DNA from: Mycoplasmatales bacterium
GTDB lineage: Bacteria; Bacillota_I; Bacilli_A; CBDATW01
NCBI GenBank assembly: GCA_965226165.1
Contig: CBDDCI010000002.1
Coordinates: forward strand, 656-64,655
Direction: 5' to 3'
DNA length: 64,000 nucleotides
A program made the translations under genes and the position numbers. Positions 44,504 to 57,419 of this stretch are shown piece by piece. How positions within the stretch are numbered: the first letter of the stretch is position 1; every line of letters begins with the position of its first letter. The notes below the pieces were generated by a model, which was given only the letters and a program-made list of their open reading frames with translations, did not search any database and was not told the DNA's origin.

Positions 44504-44990
44504 TGTATATTAATGTATATATTTTATATACAATGGTTGATAAATATTATAGAAAAATTGAATCTGTTGAAAATGAAATTGAGAATTCTATTCAAATATC
44601 TGGTATTTTATTAAAACTTAAAGGATATGATGAAAAATTAAGTGATTTATCAAAAATAGAAAATAATGAAAAAAGTATTAATAATAATAAAAACGATATT
44701 AACAATAATATAACTGGTATTAATAATAATAAAAACGATATAACAAATAATCAAAAAAGTATTAATAATAATAAAAACAATATAATAATAATAAAAACGA
44801 TATTAATAATAATAAAAACGATATTGATAATAATATAATTAGTATTAGTAATAATAAAAATAATATTAATAATAATAAAAACAATATTAATAATAATTCA
44901 GTAGATATAACTAATTTATTATCTTATTATAAACTAGGTAAAATATATATTTATGATATTCCAAAAGGTTATCAGTTAGTTAACAAAAGC
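44503..44990 (+). pseudogene. Coiled-coil / Asn-rich repeat protein fragment (homolog of the N-terminus of 33692-34795), with an internal 27-30 nt tandem repeat.
   Basis: MVDKYYRKIESVENEIENSIQISG resembles MNYYRKLIEKTINDVKLKMQIGA. 44640-44900 holds tandem aataataataaaaacgatattaac units and the frame is lost. Confidence 0.35.
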
Positions 44991-45462
44991 AAACATTTTC
45001 ATATGTTTGAAAAAGAAATAATACATAATTTCATAAAAGATTCATATTTAGAGATTATATTAAAAGTATTAACTCAAATATCAAGTTATATTTTAATAGG
45101 ATATTTTGAAATATTATGCAATTTTTATGATGATAATAATACATTATTTTATACTATCTCATTATCTACCGCAATGGGTAGTATTAATAAATTATCTACA
45201 ATTAAATCAGTTTTTATAGTGCCTATTGATAAGAATATGGATAAAATTAAAATAGATTTTTTATAAAGCCTCAAAAAGGTCAAGAACACCGCTCAGCAAC
45301 ATTTACTATTGTTGATATTAATAGTAATAAAATATATGTTAAATATTATAAAAAGAATTAACTATATTATCTAAGTGATATCATTTTGGATCAAAAAGAG
45401 TTATAAACCATATGACAATTGTAGATTCATTGTAAAATATATTTTCTAATATAGTATATATA

Positions 45463-48400
45463 ATGAGTGACTTGGAAAATGGTTATAAAATAAACAGATA
45501 TTTTTATATGGATTCTAAGCGAAAGATATTGAAATATAAAAAGTATTGTATTATATCTGATTGTGAAAAAAATGCTTCTTTTAATTATAAAGATTTAAAA
45601 GATCCTATATATTGCAATACTCATAAATTAAAAAATATGATTAATGTGAAAAAATCAGATGTAGATAAACACAATTGTTTATTATGTAAGAAATATATTT
45701 CTAAAGAACATTATTTTTCGAAAGAACATATAAATAAATTAAAAAATAATATTTCTATTAAAACTAGGGATTCTATAAAGAAAAAATTTGTTGATTTAAT
45801 ATTTGATTTTCATATAATAGATAAAAATGTATTTTATAAAGATTTATATTTTAAAGATTATTTGAAAAAAATGATTGTTAAGAATTGTGATAACGATAAA
45901 AATTATAAAATTACTTTATATAAATTTAATCAAGCTTTGGTAAAGCATAATGACACAAAATATTGGGTTGAAAAATATATCTTGCAGAATATAAATGATA
46001 TTAACAATATTGATAAATTAAAAATAAAAAACAATAGAAATGATTTGGATTTAATTAATATTACAGATTCTGAAATTGCTAATTATAATGCTGAAGATAA
46101 TTTAGAAGAATTAAATATTTTATCAATGCATGAAGATTATGATAGTAGTATAATGACTATCACAAAATAGCTAGATTAATTGTTAAAATTTCTGAATGTG
46201 ATATTTTTTCAGGTGGGAATGAAATAGATAAAATACCTGAAATATTTTTTAAGAAAAGAAATTTATTAATTATGAAAAATGATGATAATAAATGTTTTTT
46301 ATATTGTTATATCAGAAAATTTAAAAATATTATTACTAATAAAACTTCTAGAATTACTAAAAAAGATTTATTAATTGCTGAAGAAATTATAGATGAATGT
46401 AATATGGATTTTGAAAATGTTAGTTTAGATGAATTAGATAAAATAGAAAATTTATTAAAAGTTAATATTCATATTTTTGGATGTAATAAAAAATTTAATA
46501 GTAAAAAAATTATTAGAAAGTCAAAATCTGATTTTGATACTGATTTAGATTTATTATTAATAGACTATATAAAACATTATATTTTAATCAAGAATATTAA
46601 TAAATTTATTAGTGATAATAGTCATGTTATCAAAACCTGTAGAAATTGTTTAAATGTTTTTTATTCAGAAATAAAATATAAAGATCATATTGAATATTGT
46701 AAATTTAGAAAAGCTAAAAAATTAATGCCATCTTTTAAAAAATACATGGGATTTAAAAATCTTAAAAATTGTATCTTAAATAATTGGATAATTCATTCAG
46801 ATTTTGAATGTATTATAGATCCAATTACAAAAGAACATTCATTTATTGCTGGTGGATATTATTTGGAATGTAGAAATAATAAATTTAGTAAAAAAGTTTA
46901 AACTTTCTATGATTTAAAAGAGTATACTATCTCTTTAGTTAAAGAATTAGTTTATATAGATAACATATAAAGTAATTATTTACAAAATGAAATTGATTAT
47001 TCTAATTTTAATCAAGAAGAATTTGATAGTATTAAAATCTGTAAATATTGTAAATCTGAATTCAATCATCCATATAACGATAGGTATATTATTTTATATG
47101 AAATTTGTGATAAAGAAAAATTAAAATACATTTTAGAAAATAATGATTTTAACGAGGAAGTAAATAAAATAGCTAGGAATTATTATGATTCATTAGATAA
47201 TGATGGTTGTAAAAGAATTATTTATAAACAGACTTGTGATAAGAATCGATATTATGGTGATTCATCTTGTTTAACATATTTGAAAAAAGAAATTAGAAAT
47301 TCTATAATGCCTAAAAACATTAAAGATATTGATATGATTAACGCACATCCAGTAATATTAAATTATTTATGTAAAAAGAATAATGTTGATTGTAATATTC
47401 TGAAAAATTATATTGAAAATAGAGAATTAATATTATCATCTTTTTCAGAAGAAAGAAAATCTGTTAAAGAATTATTTTTAAGTATTTTAAATGGAGGATT
47501 CAAGAAAATTTATTCAGATAATAAACAAACTAATAATTATTTAAAATTATTTGAAAATAAAATTATTAAAATTCAAAATTATTTTTATACTAATGATAAA
47601 AGATATTTAGATATTGACTATAATTATAAAGGTAAAAACTTATCTAGAATTATTTTAGACATTGAAAATCAAATATTACAAATTATGATATATTATTTTA
47701 TTAGTAAAAATGTTAATATATTAACTTTAGAGTATGATGGTTTGAAAATATATACTGATAAATATTCTAAGCATTTTTCAATAAATGAATTAGAACTAAA
47801 TGTTTATAAAAGTATTGGGATTAATATAAAATTAGCTTTTAAAAATATTGAAGACAATTTTCTAGATTTTGGAATAAGATGTAATACTGACAATATTAAA
47901 AATAAAAACATTATAGAAAATAAAATTAAGATTGTTCATCATGACCATTGTTTAGAAAAAAATAATATTATTGGTTATATTTTTAGAGAATGTAGTTTAC
48001 AGATTAAAAATAATAAAACTATTCCTATGTATTTCTTTAATGGGATGAAATATGATAATAGTATTATATTAAAAAGCATATGTGATATAAAAATAATGTC
48101 ACTTTAAATGTTATTGGGAATTCTTGTGAAAGTTTCAAAATGATTGACTTCAAATTTAAAAAAATAAAATACTCTTTAAAATTATTAGATATGTGTAATT
48201 TTATTAAAGGGTCTTTGAATGATTTATCTAAAAATTTAAATGATAAAAATGAAATTGTAACTAGAGAACATTTTTCAGATAATTTTGAATTATTAAATGA
48301 AAAAGTTTGTTTTCCTTATGAATTTATAACAAAAGAAAATATCTATAATGAAAATTTACCCCCAATTAAAAATTTTTATAGTTCTTTAAAATTAAACAAT

Positions 48401-49972
48401 ATTTCTGAAGAAGATTATGATAAAACATTGGATATTCATAAAAAATTAAAATGTAAAAATATTAAAGAATATTTGGATATTTATTTAAAATTAGATATTT
48501 GTTTACAAGCTGATATATTTAATGTATTTAGAAAATGTATATGGGATAAATTTGAAATTGATTGTAGTAAATATATTACATGTTGTTCATTATCATTAGA
48601 TTTAATGTTGAAATATACTGGAGTTAAAATCGAATTGATTAGAGATATTAATATATTTGATTATGTTAATTCTTCTATTTTAGGAGGAATTTGTATAGCT
48701 AGTCAAAATATTGTAGATGATAAAGATGGTGTTATCAGTTCTTGCGATATTGTTAGTTTATATCCATATGTAATGACTAAAAAATTACCAATTGGAGATT
48801 ATAAGTTTGTAAAATATTTTAATAGAAATAGATATTTAGATAGTGAGTATTCTTGTTTGTTAAACGTAGAAATATATACAACAGATAAAGTTAAAAATAA
48901 TTCTATATTAAAACAATTCCCTGCTTTAATTAGTAAAACTTCTGTTAACTATGATGATTTATCAGAATTTCAAAGAAAAAATTTAAAAGAAAATTATAAA
49001 TCATCTGAAAAATTAATTACTCATTTAGGATGTGATAAAAATTGTTATATTTCATTTGAAATGTAAGAGATTATGATATCTTTGGGATATAAAATTATTG
49101 TTAAGAAAATATTAGAATATTAACATAGTAATTTTATGAAACCATATATAGATTTTCTGTTTGAGAAAAAATCTTATTATAAAAAAATTGGTGATATTGG
49201 AATGAGTAATACTTTTAAAATACTAGCTAATAGTTTATTTGGTGTAATGATGACTAGATGTGAAAAATTCAAAGATCTTAAAATAGTTACTAAAGAATCT
49301 CAAGTTGATAAACAAATTAAAAAACCAAATTTTTCTTGTAGAAATATTATTAATGAAAATTTAACTATTTTAGAAATGGAAAAAACATCTGTTGTTTATA
49401 ATTATCTCATATTAATAGGTTCTATCATTTTACAGAATAGTAAAGTTCATATGTTTAATTATTTATAAAAAATTTATCCTCAATTATTTGGTAATTATAA
49501 AGTATTGTATATGGATACTGATTCTGTATATGCTAAATTAAATATTTCTTATGATGAATACTTAAAAATATTGGAAGAAAATAAAGATTTATTTGGTGAT
49601 TCTATTATTGGTCAAATGGAACCAGAATATTTAGATAATCCTCTTAAAGAATTTATTGCGTTATCATCTAAATGCTATTCTTTTATTTGTAAAAACGATA
49701 TTAGAAATAATAAAAATAAATTAAAAAATAATATTGTTCATACTAAAGGTACCGCTGATTCTTATAAAAATAAATATATAGATCATACCCTTTTTAAAAA
49801 AACCTTAATAGAAAATATGAAACCTGACAAAATATCTTTTAATAATATCTCTGTTAAAAATCAACAAATAAGAACTAACACAATTGTTAAAAATAATATC
49901 GAATTTTTAAATGATAAAAGATATATTTCTAATATTAATGAAAATATTCCACTTACTTTATATATAGAATGA
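45463..49972 (+). pseudogene. Protein-primed family B DNA polymerase gene, fragmented into at least 6 ORFs by frameshifts and stops.
   Basis: Track ORFs 45463-46170, 46272-46901, 47280-48107, 48140-49066, 49136-49468 and 49505-49972 are collinear with copy 2 pPolB. Motif A DIVSLYPYVM, motif B KILANSLFGVMM, motif C YMDTDSVYAKL. Confidence 0.8.
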
Positions 49973-50099
49973 TATATGAGCAGGATTGTTATAATTTAAA
50001 TGATAATTTGATTGAAATTGATATAAAAGATATTTCTAAGATTTAAATATATGAAAATATTCTGGATTTTTTTAAATTATATAAATGTAATATGTTAAT

Positions 50100-51180
50100 T
50101 AAATTTTATGATTAAGAAATTTAAAATTTCATCATAACTTCTTAACCTTACTTTAGCAGCTCATATTTTTTCGACAAATAACACTCATTATCACGACATC
50201 GACAGCTAATATCGCGAAAAACAGCCATAAAAAATCTGAGTCGTTTAATTAATCGTTGCACACTAATAACAACTGAACACTATTTTTAAATAATTTACAC
50301 ATCATTTTTATTTTTTTCATATAATTTCATATAATTTCATACTAATTTTTTTCATATAATTTCATACTAATTTTTATATAATTTCATGCTAATTTTCATA
50401 TAATTTCAGACTAATTTCATATAATTTTCATATCATTTTCATACTCATTTCATATAATTTTTCAAATAAATTAAAATTTTGTTATAACTACTTGACCCTA
50501 CTTTAACAGCTCGTGTTTTTTTTTCGACAAATAATCACAATTATCGCTTCATAACCCGTAAATAAATCGAAAAACAGCGATAAAAAATCTGAGTCATTCA
50601 AATAATCGTTACATGGTAATAACAACTCAACACTATTTTCATATAATTTCATACTCATTTCATATAATTTCAGACTAATTTCATTTAATTAATCACAATT
50701 TCGTAATAACAACTCAACACTAATTTCATATAATTTCATACTCATTTCATATAATTTCAGACTAATTTCATATAATTTCATACTCATTTCATACTAATTT
50801 TCTAACAAGTTAAAATTTTGTTATAACTACTTAACCCTACTTTAACAGCTCGTATTTTCGACAAATAATCACAATTATCGCTTCATAACCCGTAAATAAC
50901 TCGAAAAACAGCGATAAAAAATTCGAGTCATTCAAATAATCGTTACATGGTAATAACAACTCAACACTATTTTCATATAATTTCATACTCATTTCATATA
51001 ATTTCATACTCATTTCATACTAATTTAAATTTCATCATAATTTCTTAACCCTACTTTAACAGCTCATATTTTTTCGACAAATAATCACAATTATCGCTTC
51101 ATAACCCGTAAATAACTCGAAAAACAGCGATAAAAAACCTGAGTCATTCAAATAATCGTTACATAGTAATAACAAATGAA
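50100..51180 (-). repeat. Satellite S (reverse orientation), the right flank of copy 3.
   Basis: Reverse complement of 35690-36290 / 17940-18392, including CATATAATTTCATA microrepeats. Confidence 0.75.
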
Positions 51181-51229
51181 TAACATAAAAAACAATTAAT
51201 CCTAAAATAGCCCTATCCCCATGTACTAC

Positions 51230-51720
51230 TAGATAAAACTCCTCTAGCGTCCAAAACGTAAAAAAATAACCTGTTTTTCGTGTGTAACACCGCCCGATGC
51301 GGACGGTTTGGGTATATTTAAGAGTTATATTATATTGATGCGGTAATATTTTTATTTCGTTTAAATTTAATTTAAATTTTGTGTTGTTTATATTTTAAAT
51401 TGTATAATATTCTGATTGAGGTAGCGGGAGAAAGTTGTAAAAAAACAATAGTCGACGCAAACCACATGGAAACGAATGGAATGATATTATATGCAATAAT
51501 GTCAAATTTATGGCCTCGAACGAAGTGAGAGGTCATAATATGATGACAAGATTGTATAATATGAATGTAATGAGTTGGAATGTGGTTGTATCCGACGGTT
51601 GTATTTTGCAACAATCTTTCGGATACATCCCTCGCTTTGACGACTCAAAGATTTTACTCTCATTTCCAATTGAAGACGCTGTAGATGCAAAGCACCATCT
51701 TGAAAATATCTAAGCAAAAT
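51230..51720 (-). mobile_element. Partial inverted copy of the MITE-like element at 17235-17905 (one TIR plus internal region).
   Basis: 51230-51330 matches the TIR. 51340-51700 is the reverse complement of 17340-17800, and track ORFs 51372-51614 and 17448-17759 encode the same peptide. Confidence 0.7.
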
Positions 51721-52063
51721 TGCTACGTGGTGTTGTGAGAACGAATTATTAATCAATCCTAAAATATTTGTATACTGGATAAACACCCTGCAAATATTTG
51801 TATTTGTATTTAAAATTTATTTAGACACGGTAACCATTCCGCAATTACAGCTGATTTTCAACGGGCCGTGCAATTACAATAAAAATATAAAATTTACAAA
51901 GGATTAATGTGAGCTTACTTACTAGTCAGCTTATGCTATGGTAGATACTTATTACAACTTGAATATTAAAACACTAAAATATATTTTTTGTAGCCCACAC
52001 GCAAATATTACATGTATATAGTTTTGCATGGACAATTAATTTACCATTCCAGTGTTGTCAACT

Positions 52064-53400
52064 TCATCCCAGAGCATTAAAGTGATTATTAATTAAGGTT
52101 TTAAAACTTCTTGTGGAAAGTTTATTACAGCCATTGACATTTGACAACATTGCTTGGCAGATCATTCCATGTACAAGCCCCCCGACATGAAAAAGATTTT
52201 TCATGAAGTCAGTATTAGGTTTTCCTAAGTAAAGCTTACAGTCATTGCTCCTTAATTGGTAGATATTATTATGGTTAAACTTTAACATTTCTGACATGTA
52301 ACCTGGTAGCTCGTCTTGGATGGCCTTAAATGTCATTATAATTTCGCGTTACTTAAATATGTTTTGAATTGGTTCCCAGCCTAAGCATTCAAAGATTTCC
52401 CTAGATCTTATCTCGTAGCCTGATCCGGTGATCACTCGAGCAGCTCTTTCTTGCATGTTATAGAGTTTATTAATAAGTGTAAAACTATTGTCACTCCACA
52501 CAATTGAACAGTATGTGAAGTGAGGTAAAGCTAATGAGTTATACATACAAATGAACGTCTCCAAAGTTACAAAACTTTCGCGCGTCTTAATAATAGAACA
52601 GATTTAGAGATCTTTTTACATTGTACATCAATACGCTCTCTCCATTTTAGTTCTTCATCCAGAATAATCCCTAGTACTTTCTTGTTTATGACCTGTTTAA
52701 TGTTGTAGTTACCAATGGATATGTTGGGGTTTTCTGAAAATTGTTTCAATTTTCTCTTTGAAGCTATTGATATAAATTCTGTTTTTTTCTGTGTTAAGAG
52801 TTAGCTCAATATTTGTCTCTAGCCAGATATTAACATTATGCAGATCACTGTTTAACTTATTTTCAATCTCTAAAAGCAAAGTACCAGAGCTTGATATATT
52901 AGTATCGTCTGCAAACATTGAGGCGTGGATCTCTTCTAGGCAATTTGGAAGATCATTGATATAAACTGAAAATAATAATGGACCTAAATGGTACTCCGCA
53001 TGTATTGCATTCTATATTGCTCATGTATGATTTAAAAAGATTCAAAGCTATACTCCTTCAATTCCATATAACTTTAAGTTTGAAATCAAAATTTGGTGGT
53101 CAACCGTATCGAACGCCTTTTTAAGATCAAAGAACAAGACACCATTTAGTAAGCCTTTGTCCATGTTCAATAGATACTGATCTGTTATATGCAAAGGAGC
53201 AGTTTCTGTGGAATGGCATTTTCGAAAGCCAGATTGTTGTTTGACAATGATATTATTATCATTTAAATAAAGAGCTAATTGGTCTGAAATGAACATTTCT
53301 AAAACCTTTGCAATTGTCGATATTACAGAAATTGGTCTATAGTTTCCATATTCACTTTTGTCTCCTTTGAAAATCGGAGTTACTCTAGACTGTTTTAATC
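52064..53400 (-). pseudogene. Non-LTR retrotransposon (LINE) reverse transcriptase remnant, with multiple frameshifts.
   Basis: RT motifs FRKCHSTETA...LFFDLKKAFDTVDH (53048-53296) and MFADDTNI (52709-52918), then thumb-like segments in 52064-52749. All are in different frames. Confidence 0.6.
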
Positions 53401-53919
53401 ATCTGGGAATATACCCGTTACCAACACCAAGTTAAATATACATAGAATTTTTCTCGTCTTCAAGATCTTTGGTTTTGGCAGTCATGTCCGACACTATAAG
53501 TTTGTAGTTGTTCAATTGCTGTGTCAGTACTGCATTTTCTTCTTTCAAAGAAATGATTTATATTCATCTTGCCGTGACGCTTCGTTGCGGCTTACATTAG
53601 GATTATTCGTATTAACAGATTTTAACTCTTGAAATTCTTGCCGTAGCTTCTCAAATTTATGTTCTAGTCGCTCTTCGAGACTTTTCATTTGGTTAAGAGC
53701 TGTTGTTACAGTCACCTCTTCGCTTAGGTTAAGGGTTGTTCCGGATTCTATGTTCTCTTTGTCACCATACCCATCACTAGAATGTGCTTCGCGGTACTCG
53801 TCGTCTTTGTCACCAAACCACTAGAATGTGCTTCGTTTCTCGAGTTGTTGTAATCCACAACAATAGTTCTTAACTGAGATTTAAGGTCGTCGCTTTCTTC
53901 TCCAGATATTGTTAGCAAA

Positions 53920-53950
53920 CCGTAACCCTAACCCTAACCCAAACCCTAAC
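53920..53950 (-). repeat. Short interstitial telomere-like repeat, (CCCTAA)4-5.
   Basis: aaccctaaccctaacccaaaccctaacc. The track ORF 53881-54276 reads through it as GFGLGLGL. Confidence 0.7.
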
Positions 53951-54689
53951 CATCTTATAATAGAATTCACTAGCTCAAGCCGTTTATAATCACCGCCTGT
54001 CGATGTCCATGATGTTTTTCTTTCGAGCAATTTATCCATGAAAGCCATTAGATTTTCCAACGAGCCATTCCATTTAAGCTTTCCTTTATCGATTATGCTT
54101 AAATATTTAACGATATTGTTACAGTAAATACAGCTATCGTCCAAATTAATAAGAGAAGTATCGGAGCTACCAAACAAACGTCCGTCCGCCATGACTATGG
54201 GCAAATATGGTGCTTTTGACAGAAAGTGAACAATTTGTTCACATATCTGCCCTACTATTTTTGAACTTTTTTCCAAAGACCTCAGACAAACCCGGGGAAA
54301 ATAAATCTGAATCGTTAATCAGATCAATAGATCCTGAAAAAACCTTGGCCAATAAACCCTTCCGACGATCCACAAGAGCACAATAAGAGGCTTTACCCGC
54401 AAAAGCTACGGCCTTTCGAACCATATCAATAGCTAAAGCAGGTTCCAAACCTGACATCTTGCGTTGGACACGAAGGGCAAGTGGGCAACTTGCCTCGAAC
54501 TCCAGACAGGAGAACTACACAATCTAAGACCCGTCCAGCTTGATTCATTTGCCGCCTGTCAATGATAGGATTAAAAGTCGTGCTGTTACGTTCTAATTTT
54601 TTCTTTACAAAAGAGTCGGATGAAAATCGGAATGGTTAGGTTACCGTTTGTAATAACAGCGTTTCTTTCGTTTAATTTCGATGAGCAAA

Positions 54690-54760
54690 TTTTGAAAGCC
54701 CTGGAAGGCGGCGTCGGCTGGAAAATCGGCAATGCTCTGGTCGATTCTGGCGCCGCAAAA
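54690..54760 (+). pseudogene. Possible retroelement aspartic-protease fragment.
   Basis: The peptide WKIGNALVDSGAAKTLSF contains the retropepsin active-site motif (hydrophobic-hydrophobic-D-S/T-G-A). This is short, GC-rich context and there is no further support. Confidence 0.25.
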
Positions 54761-55479
54761 ACACTGTCATTCCCGTGCGAAATTCTGCTTGACACAACAT
54801 GTAATAAAGTGTTCTCAGCCAGTGTGTTCTATTTCTCTCCTTACAATTACCTACCCCCCAAACTATGTACACGAGGCGTGTCACGTGTATCACGTGAGCA
54901 CTGCACCACAGAAACTTTCGCCCTCGGAGTCTGAGCTGCTGGAGGCTTCGGAACTGTCAGACTCACTAAAGGAAACTGAAGAAAACTTACCTCTTTTGCT
55001 TTCTCGACCTTTTGAAGAAGAAGCTTTCCGTTCTTTTGATCTTTTGTTCTGGGCTGCCGAGCGGCTGTCTCGCAAACAAGTTCGCGGTGAACGTTCAGGT
55101 GACCTCTGGCCCTGAACCGCTGCTAAATCAGCCATAAAAACGCTATTGTGCAATGCTAAACAGGTAGAAAACACAAAACGTTCGCGAGCGATACGGTGAG
55201 CACACTGATATGAATAAACCTGGATCACGCATCCAGTGAAGCAAATTGAAGCCACCGGAAATGACGAATTTGGAGTACCAAGATGGCGGACAATCAGCAT
55301 TTCTATTACATAAACAAACTTCCTTATTTTAAGGAAATTTACAGAAAGTCAAAACTCTGGTTAAAAGCTTATTCTTACCCCCGCAAAGGACACTGGACCT
55401 GGAGTACCAAGATGGCGGCGATAAGCTTCAAAATTTGATTACTGAGATTACTGCGATGCGTGATCCAGGTTTATTCATA

Positions 55480-56180
55480 TTAGGCCGTGGGCTATTAGGC
55501 CAAAAAGTAGCTAGAAATTCATTTTCGTTGCACCCATCTGGGGAACACCTGCTTTGTGGTTTATTTGTAAGACATATAGGTACATTACTACCAAAAAAAG
55601 TTCACAAGCAAAAAACTTGCCCGATACCAAGAAAACGAGTGATTTATGATCATCTACTATTAAATTATTATTACAGGAAAAAAATGTAAAAGTTCATGTT
55701 CAACGATAACAAAAACGACTGGTATCATCAGAAAGAGCACAAAAAACTGCATATAAGACTCTTAAACAGTTTTTTTATTTTTCAAATAGTTTTCGAGTTA
55801 TATGTTGTTAAACACCATTTTTAAGCTAGTACCCAGTTTTTGTTGCGCAATTTTGGTTCAATTTTCACATATAAAACAAAAATTACTCGAAAACTATTTG
55901 AAGAATAAAAAAACTGTTTAAGAGTCTTATATGCAGTTTTTGTGCTCTTTCTGATGATGCTAGTCGTTTTTGTTATCGTTGAATATGAAATTTCACATTT
56001 TTTCCTGTTTAATGGTAGATAATCACAAATCACTTGTTTTCTTGGTATCGGGCAAGTTTTTTGCTTGGAACTTTTTTTGGTAGCAATGTACCTATATGTC
56101 TCTTAAATAAACCACAAACCAGGTGTTCCCCAGATGGGTGCAACGAAATTAAACAATTTTTGACTACAGCCCACGGTCTA
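55480..56180. repeat. Large imperfect foldback (inverted-repeat arms ~300 bp, centre ~55840).
   Basis: 55690-55830 mirrors 55850-55990 (gcacaaaaaactgcatataagactcttaaacagttttt...). The outer arms 55480-55680 and 55990-56180 also pair (gttgcacccatctggggaacacctg...). Confidence 0.65.
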
Positions 56181-57419
56181 TATCAGTGGGTGAGCAGATA
56201 TGAAGTGGTAGTTGCTAGGCAACGAATAAACAAGATGTGACGCTTTATTTTATGGCTGGCAAAATTTCCCTTTAAATTTTAAGTTAACCCAGGGTTAAGG
56301 TCAACGGCTTTTGAACGACGGGATTCAGCTGTATATGGAGATTGTCGAAAAAAAAGAGATTTCTTCATGGGAAGTACTGACGTATGGCCTTTACGCACGG
56401 GTTAATTTATTTTCACAAAACGAACGAGCGAGTTTTGTGAAAACAAATTAACAAGTGTGTAAATGCCATACAAAAGCACTTCCCATGAACAAATTTGTTA
56501 TTTCATTGCTGGTTTTCACACACGAGTCCAGCTTCCATGTATTTCAATCAAGACAAAAGAAAAAGTTTGCATAAGAATAGAACTCATTTCTCCGAGGATT
56601 TGTCAGGGACACAATCATGGCCACCATTTCTTTGTTTAGGGGCACAAATATGGCCGCCGTGACGTCATGTGAAACCCAAGAATAGAAACTGATTTTTACT
56701 ATTGAACAGATTGCCTTTACGTAATGTAAATTCGGTTCACTTAATTACAAAACCCAAAACAAAAGTGATTACGGCATCGTACATGCAAATGAAAATTACT
56801 TTACTTTTCGAACCCAAATCTAATAATATAAAATAAAAACCCTGAATGAACCAGCAGTTTTTAATTTTTCCTTTAAATATGCGAAGAATACAAAGCCTGT
56901 CTTTTCAAAAACCTCAAAAACTCGCTCAAAAAGCGAATACAATAATGCAGCTTACATGTAGCTGCTTGTTTTAGTGTAACTGCCGTGCCTCTTGCTTGTA
57001 TATTTCTCTTTCAAAAACATCTTTTGGTTTCCATAGCACTGTAAATCTTGTAAACATTGGAAATTGCCCAATTTGTCTAATTTAAACTTAAAATAGACTT
57101 TAAGACACAAGAAATAGTCAGCAATTTGATCAACATTCTGATTCTCGCCGAAAACTTTACCAACCGTGAACGAATTTGCTGGTATGTAAACAAAGGCTCG
57201 CGCTGATTGGACGGAACGGTTTTCGCACGTGCGAAAAAATCGTTTCGCGGTTCTGATTGGTTGACGTTCGTTAAGAACAAATCGTGAAACGGCTTTTCAC
57301 ACGAGAAAAAAACGTGCGTAAATATCAGTATCTATACAATAAAAAGCATTGTTATATGGTTATAACGCAAACGCTTACTCAAACCTGTTTTATACGTCAC
57401 ATTTAAATTGCATTCGACA

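Larger units (their letters stand above)
36870..50050 (+). mobile_element. Polinton/Maverick-like element, copy 3. It is a divergent lineage (~13.2 kb) with short ~75 bp TIRs, and its pPolB gene lies downstream on the plus strand.
   Basis: The gene set is collinear with copy 2 from the integrase to the zinc-ribbon gene at about 30-70% aa identity. pPolB is fragmented at 45463-49972. Confidence 0.75.

Noticed and set aside
54586-55300. Overlapping ORFs on both strands in a GC-richer patch (54586-55300), including a Ser/Glu-rich 136-aa minus ORF.
   Set aside because: The ORFs are mutually exclusive and none has a recognisable domain except the short DSGA peptide reported separately. Composition-driven open frames are common in GC-rich islands.
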